Source: an uncultured Methanomassiliicoccales archaeon
GTDB lineage: Archaea > Thermoplasmatota > Thermoplasmata > Methanomassiliicoccales > UBA472
Direction of reading: 5' to 3'
Length of the DNA: 64,000 nucleotides
NCBI GenBank assembly: GCA_963695345.1
Contig: OY968769.1
Span: 576,001-640,000, forward strand
Shown: positions 56,366-64,000 of the stretch, piece by piece
Layout of the letters: each line of letters begins with the position of its first letter
Position numbering within the stretch: the first letter of the stretch is position 1
Made by a program: the position numbers and the translations under genes
Notes under the pieces: generated by a model
The model's database searches: none
What the model was told of the DNA's origin: nothing
The model's input: only the letters and a program-made list of their open reading frames with translations

Positions 56366-57867
56366 CACAGCATCCTCCCGGGTGTTCCGTTGTAGCGGAG
56401 CAGGTCCGTCCTGCCCCTCAGCTCGGTTATGTCCTTCATGTCCAGGCGGTGCAGCAGCTCCTTCCATTGCATCTGCCAGGACTGGTACAGGTTGCCCAGC
56501 CTCTTGGCCTGGGATTGGGATCTCGTTCAGCACTTCCAGCTCCAGGTCGGTGGTGGCTATTCCGCGGGGGCAGCCCCTGCCGCTCTCGCAGTTCGCGCAC
56601 CGGACGCATCCCATGGCCACCATTTCCGCCGTGCCGATGACGACACCGTCTGCGCCCAGGCAGATGGCCTTGGCGATGTCCATGGCGGTCCTCATGCCGC
56701 CGCTGCAGATCAGGGTCACGTCCTCCCTGATGCCCTCCTTCTCCAGGAAGCGGTGCACCTTCGGTATGGCGTACTCGATCGGCTGGGCGATGTTCTTCTT
56801 GGCGATCTCCGGAGCCGCGCCGGTACCTCCGTATCCGCCGTCCAGGTGGACGATGTTGGCGCCGGCGTAGTAGGAGCCGACCGCCACCATCTCGACGTCG
56901 TTGGGCGTCGACACCTTGACCGACAGCAGCGCCTTCGGGTTCACCGCGTGGATCCAGTCCAGGTGCTTCTTGTGGTCCTCGACCGAGTACACGCTGTGGA
57001 ACGGGAACGGGAGAGAACAGACTGGTGTAGGGCACCGCCTCTCTCATCTTGGCCACCTCGGGGGTGTTCTTCTCGTACAGCAGATGTCCGCCGAGACCGG
57101 GCTTCGCGCCCTGGGCGTACTTGAACTCCACGATCGGGGCGCGCTTGATGGTCTCCTCGCGGACACCGAACAGCCCGGTAGCGATCTGGGTGATGACGTG
57201 GTCCTTGTACGGGATGAGCATGTCCGGATAACCGCCCTCGCCAGTGCAGGTGAAGGTGTTCCATTTCGTGGCCGCTATGGCCTTTGCTAACATCGTCCGC
57301 TTGCTGACGGAGCCGAACGACATGCCGCCGCCGTAGACCGGGATGTCGATCTTGACCCGCGGTCCATACTTGCGGTGGTTCAGGTCGATCGCGGTGGATA
57401 TCTCCTCCGGATGGAAATTGCCCTTGGCGGCCGGGATCTGCGATCGAGATCCGGTCGAAGCCGCCGCCCGAGTTGGCATGCTGGGCGTAGTGGTCCAGCG
57501 GGATCGGCTGACCGGTCTCCGCCTGCTTCCAGGTGGCGATGATCATGTCCGGGGTCCAGCGGGGGTCGCCCATGCTGGCGAACACCGGGTTCGGCGAGAC
57601 CGACAACGATTGGGTGGGGCAGTTCTTGACGCAGTAGAACGCGTTCGAGGAGCAGGTCGGGCCGATGCACTTGGCATCCGCCGGCGGCAGCATCTTGACG
57701 TGTCCCTCCACGCGGCGGTGCACGCCGTAGGGGCAGAGCGACTCGCAAAGCCCGCAGTTGATGCAGTTGTCCGCCCGGGTGACCCGGTACCGGGCCATTC
57801 TCTTCAGCAGCATCGACGGAACGGCGTTGAAGTCCTCATCCATGATCTCGGTTGACATTGCGCACAT
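56365..57867 (-). CDS. Glutamate synthase FMN-binding subunit with N-terminal ferredoxin (frameshifted)
   Basis: CINCGLCESLCP, MSFGS, TGEGG, EFKYAQGAKPGLGGHL, SGGMR, KAICLGADG, CxxCxxCxxGxGCPRG. Confidence 0.9.
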
Positions 57868-57868
57868 C

Positions 57869-59239
57869 TCACGCACCTCCCTGTAAGTTGGAGAACGCAT
57901 CCCTTTCGGCGTCCTCGTAGAATATGGCACGGCCGGTCTCACCGCGCAGGCGGCGGGCCTCCCTAATGCCCATGGCCCCCATCACTTCCAGCAGCTGGTC
58001 CCTCCAGGCGCCCATCATGTTGACCACCCTCCAGTAGGCGTAATCGGTGGTGATCTTGCTTCCGATCCATCGGACAGACCGGGCAGGACGGGCCTCCGTG
58101 GCATCCCAACGCCACCTTCAGCGCCTGTTCCAGTACGATAGCGTCGGCACCGCAGATCAGGCTCTTCGGCACATGTTCCGCCGCGGCCAGACCGCCGGCG
58201 GCTATGATGCTGACGGATTCCCTCACTGACGCGTTGGCCAGCGCCTTGTTTATCGCCAGCAGCGAGTCCTTGGCCAGACGCTTGGTCCCTTTCTCCTGGC
58301 CCTGCTCGTCGTAGAGCAGGTGGATGATGTCGATGCCGCCGGAGACCAGCTCCAAGGCGACGCTTCTCGACCCCTTCGGCCGTCTCCACCCTCGCGCCGA
58401 ACGATGGCGTCGGGGAACCGGGCGGTGAGGGCCTGCGAGGTCCTCTTTCCAGGCCGGGGACATCTCGAACTCGACGATGCTGGGCGAGGTCACCGTCTCT
58501 ACCGAGGTCCTTGCCTGGCGAGAAGACCGGCACCAGCAGGCGCATTGCCTCGGTCGTCACCTCCGGCAGTTTCGTCCCGGCCGGGGAAGAACAGGTACGT
58601 TCCCAGCGTGGCCGCCGCCTTGATCAGGCCTTCCAGGGGTGCCGCCCTGAGGTCGGCCGAGCGGCACACGTCCATCATCATCGGCACGGGCAGCTCGACG
58701 AACTTCGGCATCTCGGTGAGCAGATTTCCTTTCTCATCGAACTCCAGGTGATCGACCCTCTTTCCCAGGTCGACGCTGGTGGATATGTATTCCCTTCCGT
58801 GGATGCCGTCCCTGGTGGGACGGACGATCTCGGACATGTCCGTCCACATGGAATCGTAGCCGGGACCGACGTACATGCCCCGGTAACCGGCCCCGTACAC
58901 CGGCAGCTTGCCGGTCTGGGATTCGTTCCAGATGGTGTTGACCCGGGTGCGGTGTCCAGATTCCACCGCCTAGCGCCAGGTATTCGTTCGAGTACTTGCA
59001 CGGTCAGCGCCCTCTGGGGGCAGTTCTCGACGCAGCGCAGGCAGTTCTTGCACAGGTAGGCCTTCGGTTCGGCCATGACCCTGGGGTCCTTGGCGTCGCG
59101 TTCGTGCACACCGTAGATGCATTGGTCGGCGCACCGGCCGCAGTTCATGCAACGGTCGTCCCGGATGACGGCGTTCTTGGCGAACGGCTCTCTCCGGCAA
59201 CGGAAGCTCCTTCTTGGGGAGGTGGTAGCGCTCGTACAT
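57869..59239 (-). CDS. Second, degenerate glutamate-synthase-related FMN-domain protein with 2x[4Fe-4S] (frameshifted)
   Basis: CMNCGRCADQC, CKNCLRCVENCP, DSMWTDMSEIVRPTRDG, AAGGL...VPKSLICGADA, EVMGAMG; no QGAKPG motif seen. Confidence 0.78.
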
Positions 59240-59244
59240 CTCAG

Positions 59245-61234
59245 TTACCTCCTTCGACGTTCTTGCTGGGAGACCCAAGCACCAGCCCGCGGTCGACCAG
59301 CGCGTCGTATGCCGCGGAGTTCTCCGCCTGCTCCACGAACCGCTTGACCATCTCGTCGTTCCTTGCCGTGCTGTTCCTCCAGCCGCCTTTCCATCTCCTC
59401 GTAGACCGGGATCAGGTGGAGCTTCGACTGGCACACCTGCTCGCAGGCCTTGCATCTCATGCACAGGAAGGTCGCATGGGCGTGCTCCTTGGTCACCGCC
59501 CCGTAGGTGTCCATCTTCCTGGCGGTGAGAAGCTTGCCCCTGGCAGTGACACGCTCGTCCTTGGTCAGCATGTACGCCGGGCAGACTCCGACGCACGCTC
59601 CGCACATGGCGCACTCGTCGGCGGTGTCCAGCAGCAGGTCCTTTCCCTGCCGTTCCATGATCTCTCCCGAGGCAATGACCTTGACCGCCGGTGCCGCCAC
59701 CGGGGACAGGGCGTTGACCATCTTGAGGACCGACCCCAGTACGCCTGGACTGAACAAAGTGGCCGGCAAACCGCCCAGCCTGCCGCTGAGCCTGGGGAAC
59801 TTGCCCCGGTTCATGATGTTGGCCGGGTCCATCTGCTTCTTGGCGTCGAGCAGGGCGGTCTTCTCGTGGACGTCGCCATAGTCGACGAACAGGTGGTTCC
59901 ATACTCCGAATGAGTAGGGAGTCGCCCCTTCCTCGTACAGTGCCTTGCTGATGAGGAGACCACGGAACGAGTCCATGGTGTACTTCAGCTGCTTGGTCTG
60001 GTCGGTTATGTAGTAACAGAGGAGCATGCCGTCCCCGTTGCCGAGGAAATGAATCTCCATCATCGGCTCGAGGCCATGCTGGTCGCATATCTCGAGTGCC
60101 TTGGCCACGATCTTGGACATCCTTTCCTTGGGTGCCAGCACCTCGGAGCCCATCAGCCCCGGTCCGAGCTTGCGGAACTTCATGGGGAAGAACCGCTCGT
60201 TCCACATCAGGAATGATAGGTAGGGCTGGGCCAGCTTTGCCATCCTTCGGGACGGCGTTGGCGGCAGCGTCCTTGTCGTTCTCGTAGGTGGCCATGATGC
60301 CGTGCGCCTCCGGGTAGTCACCCCTGCCTAGTACCTGGTTCAGGCCCTTGAACTTGGCCGGGCTGAAATAGGTCAGGTCCATGGGTTTCTTGTCGGAGGT
60401 GGCGAGCTTGCCGGCGTACTCGATGGCCTTCTCGTGGTCGGAGAAGAAGACGAGCCTTGGCGCTACCGTCCTCAGCCTTTCGCGGACCTGGAGCGTGACC
60501 GACGCGATGACGACCAGCTGGCCTTCGCTGCCGAAGACAGGATGGAAGAGAGGGTCCTTGGGAGTCAGCTTCTTGACCTCGCCGAGGGAGGTGACCACCT
60601 CGACCTCTTCCACGGAGTCTATGAGCCTCCCGGCGGACACGGTGCCTACGCCGATACCGCCGCAGGCGATCCAACCGCCCACCGTCGAAAACCTGCTGGA
60701 TGGTGAGGATTTGACGCTCATTCCCTTCTTCTCCAGGAACCAGTCCAGGTCGGCCCACCGGATACCCGCCTCGACCTTGACGGTCCTCCGGACCGGGTCG
60801 AAGGAGATCACGTTGTTCATGGTGTTCATGTCCAGGACGATGCCGCCCTTGACCGGCATGGAACCTCCGAACGGCGAGGAGCCGGCCCCTCGGACGATCA
60901 CCGGGATCTTCTTGGAGGCGGCGTAGGTCAACAGCGCCTGGATGGCCGAGACGGAGAATGGCTGGGCGAGAACGTCCGGGACGCTGTCGAACATGGTCGA
61001 GCGGAGCATGTCCGGCACATCCGCCTGGTCCCTCGAATAGAGGGCGAGCGCCCCTTTCGCCGATATGATCTTCAGGTCCGGTATGTTCAGGGCCATGATG
61101 CCCTTGGTGACCTTTCCCTTCTGCACCTCTCCCTCCTCAGGGAACAGGTCCTGGGCGGTCTGCTTTACTGCCCACGGGTCGGTCTTTCTATCATTTTCTG
61201 AGCCATCGAGTGCGGTTGTTGAAGCGGCATTCAT
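59245..61234 (-). CDS. FAD-binding (PCMH/GlcD-like) oxidoreductase with C-terminal 2x[4Fe-4S] domain (frameshift near 60250)
   Basis: RGAGSS..GG, VEAG, STVGGWIA, GSEG, KKQMDPANIMN.GK, CAMCGACVGVCP, CMRCKACEQVC. Confidence 0.85.
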
Positions 61235-61931
61235 GCTGGATATCCCCCTCTAGATTTGTTGTCTTCGGAAATCTGTCGATCGCGATCAATACGATGAACA
61301 TTATCGCCCTGGCGGTTAACATTGCCAGGCATTCGGTCGAAGGCGTCTATGGCCAGCACTGAGTACGCTCGGACCCCCTTACGCTCCGCATCCGCCATTT
61401 CATCACCTTGCAATGCGCCGATCATCCCAGGACCACCATTCCTCGTCCATCGCTCGCCCCTCCCGAGCTTGGACGCTTGTGTAATAGTACCGCGGGTTGC
61501 GATAACAGGCCTCAGATAGCGAATCAGGTCTTATAGCTTATGCATATGTCTAATTCAAGCCCCGAAATACCTTCAATAACTGATTAATGAATGTTATTTC
61601 AACGTTTTTTTAGACGAATGTCGGGCAGATTCATCGAATGGATAGTCTCATTGCCTAAGGAATTCCTCTGTTATTGGACAGATATGTTCAGAAATGCGAG
61701 GATGTATTAGATGTTTATCTAAAAATTGGCCAAATTCATGCTCAACAATTGGAAAGGATTCTGTGCAACTTATAATTAACGACCCTGTAATTATGAAATC
61801 GCTGCTGATCCCGAGCATATTGAGCACTCGGGATGATAGGACCTCTACGGTAACCTTCATCAATGAACATGCGGAGCCAGGGAAGTGCCGGGAATGGGAT
61901 TGAGCCGGGCGATGCCCCGACAGCAACAACA

Positions 61932-63536
61932 TCAGCCGTACTTGTGATTGATCGCGGCCTTTATCAGCCCGAGGTGCAGAGGCGAGGGCTTGTTCGGTCT
62001 CGACCTGAACTCCGGATGGAACTGGCACGCCACAAAGTATGGGTGATCTCCCTGATATTCGCCAATTTCCATCTTCACCCCGTCGGCCGATCTTCCGGTG
62101 AACTTCCACCCGGCGGATTCGAGCTGTTCTATGAACTTCGGGTTCACCTCGTACCTGTGCCGGTGCCTCTCCATGATCAGCTCCTTTCCATAGAGATCAT
62201 AGGCTATGCCCTTAGTGACCATGACCGGCTGGGCCCCTAGCCTCATGGAGGCTCCCTTCTTGACGACGTTCTTCTGCTCCGGGAGCAGGTCCACCACCGG
62301 GTAGGCGTTGTCCTTGTCGAACTCGGTGGAGTTGGCGCCTGACATCCCCAGTATGTCCCGGGCGATCTCCATGGTAGCGATCTGGAACCCGAGACAGACC
62401 CCAAGATACGGCACCTTGTTCTCCCGGGCGTATCTGGCAGCCATTATCTTGCCCTCTATGCCCCGGTTTCCGAACCCTCCTGGGATCAGGATCGCGTCGG
62501 CCTTCTGCAATTCTTCGGTGACGCCGAACTGCTGCACCACCTCAGAATCGACGAAGATGAGCTCGACCTTGGTCCCGGCCTCGGCCCCAGCATGGTGAAA
62601 GGCCTCGAAATGCGATATGTATGAATCGGCCAGATGGGTATACTTCCCGACACAGGCGACCTTGACAGTCTTGTTCGGGTTGAGGATGCGGTGAGCGAAC
62701 TCCTTCCATTCAGTAAGGTCGAAGCCCTTGGGTTCAAGCTTCAATCGGTGAAGAAGGAAATCGGTGAGGCCCTGCTCCTCGAGGATCATCGGGACCTCGT
62801 AGATGGAGCTCGCATCCGGACAGGAGACCACCGCCTCCACCGGGACGTCGCAGAAGAGCGATATCTTCCTCTTGATCGACTCCTCCAAAGGCTCCTTGGC
62901 CCGGCAGACTATCACGTCAGGCTGAATACCGATGGCACGGAGCTCCTTGACCGAGTGCTGGGTCGGCTTGGTCTTCTGCTCCCCCACCACGCCCATGATC
63001 GGGACCAGGGTGGTATGTACATAGATGCAGTGCTCGCCTTTTCCCAGATCCGCGTTCATTTCCCGGACGGCTTCCAGGAAAGGCATGGACTCGATGTCAC
63101 CTACCGTCCCGCCCAGCTCGACGATGCAGACGTCCGCGCCGGTCGCCTCTGAAACGATGGTGATCTGGTTCTTGATCTCGTTGGTGATGTGGGGAATGAT
63201 CTGGACCGTCTTGCCCAGGTATTCGCCGCACCTTTCCTTTTCGATCACCATCCGGTAGATCTTTCCGGTGGTGATGTTGTGATTGTTGGTCAGGCTGATG
63301 TCTAGGAACCTTTCGTAGTTGCCTAGGTCCAGGTCGACCTCTCCGCCGTCATCCAGCACGAACACTTCACCATGCTCGAACGGGTTCATCGTCCCTGCGT
63401 CGACATTGAGGTAGGGATCGATCTTGATGGCGGTGACCTTGAGCCCGCGGGATTTGAACAGCCTACCGATCGATGAGGCGGTTATCCCTTTGCCGAGCCC
63501 GGAAATTACTCCCCCAGTAACAAAAATGTACTTCAT
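61932..63536 (-). CDS. pyrG: CTP synthase
   Basis: [54 protein letters not shown]. Confidence 0.98.
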   Translation of the reverse strand: MKYIFVTGGVISGLGKGITASSIGRLFKSRGLKVTAIKIDPYLNVDAGTMNPFEHGEVFVLDDGGEVDLDLGNYERFLDISLTNNHNITTGKIYRMVIEKERCGEYLGKTVQIIPHITNEIKNQITIVSEATGADVCIVELGGTVGDIESMPFLEAVREMNADLGKGEHCIYVHTTLVPIMGVVGEQKTKPTQHSVKELRAIGIQPDVIVCRAKEPLEESIKRKISLFCDVPVEAVVSCPDASSIYEVPMILEEQGLTDFLLHRLKLEPKGFDLTEWKEFAHRILNPNKTVKVACVGKYTHLADSYISHFEAFHHAGAEAGTKVELIFVDSEVVQQFGVTEELQKADAILIPGGFGNRGIEGKIMAARYARENKVPYLGVCLGFQIATMEIARDILGMSGANSTEFDKDNAYPVVDLLPEQKNVVKKGASMRLGAQPVMVTKGIAYDLYGKELIMERHRHRYEVNPKFIEQLESAGWKFTGRSADGVKMEIGEYQGDHPYFVACQFHPEFRSRPNKPSPLHLGLIKAAINHKYG

Positions 63537-63734
63537 CAATTCACGGGAAATGACCATAATCCAGATGCATATTTATTGTTTGTCTTTTAGACAAAAAATC
63601 GATGGCGATGAATCTGATTTAGTAGAAATGACAAAGAATAATGGAATGACGATCGATGTTTGTTTTAGTGCCTGGTAACCCTGCGGGAATTGGTCGGGGA
63701 AAACACTCGATTGCTCTCGTGCTTCCCCTTGCGT

Positions 63735-64000
<266 letters not shown>

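Noticed and set aside
54131-56992. Apparent single ORF fusing the FMN subunit to the amidotransferase
   Set aside because: Created by an indel near 56510; the proper frame ends at TGA 56365-56367, overlapping the next ATG with its own GGAGG
61800-61930. Hairpin ATCCCGAG/CTCGGGAT downstream of pyrG as a possible ncRNA
   Set aside because: A single stem with no other supporting motif; more simply a 3' UTR/terminator structure

Overview
A GC-rich archaeal chromosome segment. The unlinked 16S and 23S rRNA genes, gene content and ribosomal-protein style suggest Thermoplasmata, probably Methanomassiliicoccales (inference). Most of it is housekeeping: DNA polymerase D large subunit, rps13-rps4-rps11-rpoD, alaS, sucCD, sua5/map, ilvD, rps12-rps7-EF2-EF1A-rps10, pth2, tgtA, pcc1, pyrG, a stand-alone 23S rRNA, the 3' end of a 16S rRNA, and tRNA-Leu(CAA), tRNA-Ala(UGC) and tRNA-Gln(UUG). 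Many genes, including essential ones, are broken by single-base indels, which I read as sequencing/consensus errors. A lower-GC accessory region follows tRNA-Leu (about 23.3-32.3 kb). It holds two decayed IS5/IS903-like remnants bracketing a NikR-family regulator, a Zn/Mn-type ABC importer and a structured leader. The best candidates for something undescribed: (1) the 28.2-28.4 kb leader, with a palindromic operator, a 17-aa CxxC leader peptide and mutually exclusive RNA pairings involving the downstream RBS, resembling an archaeal metal- or cysteine-sensing translational attenuator; (2) a four-gene glutamate-synthase-like operon with a degenerate second FMN subunit and an FAD/Fe-S oxidoreductase as possible electron input; (3) a highly structured ~170-nt leader of the rps13 operon; (4) two in-frame TAG-ATG gene junctions that would give fusions if amber is read as pyrrolysine. 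No CRISPR array, integrase or intact transposase was seen.
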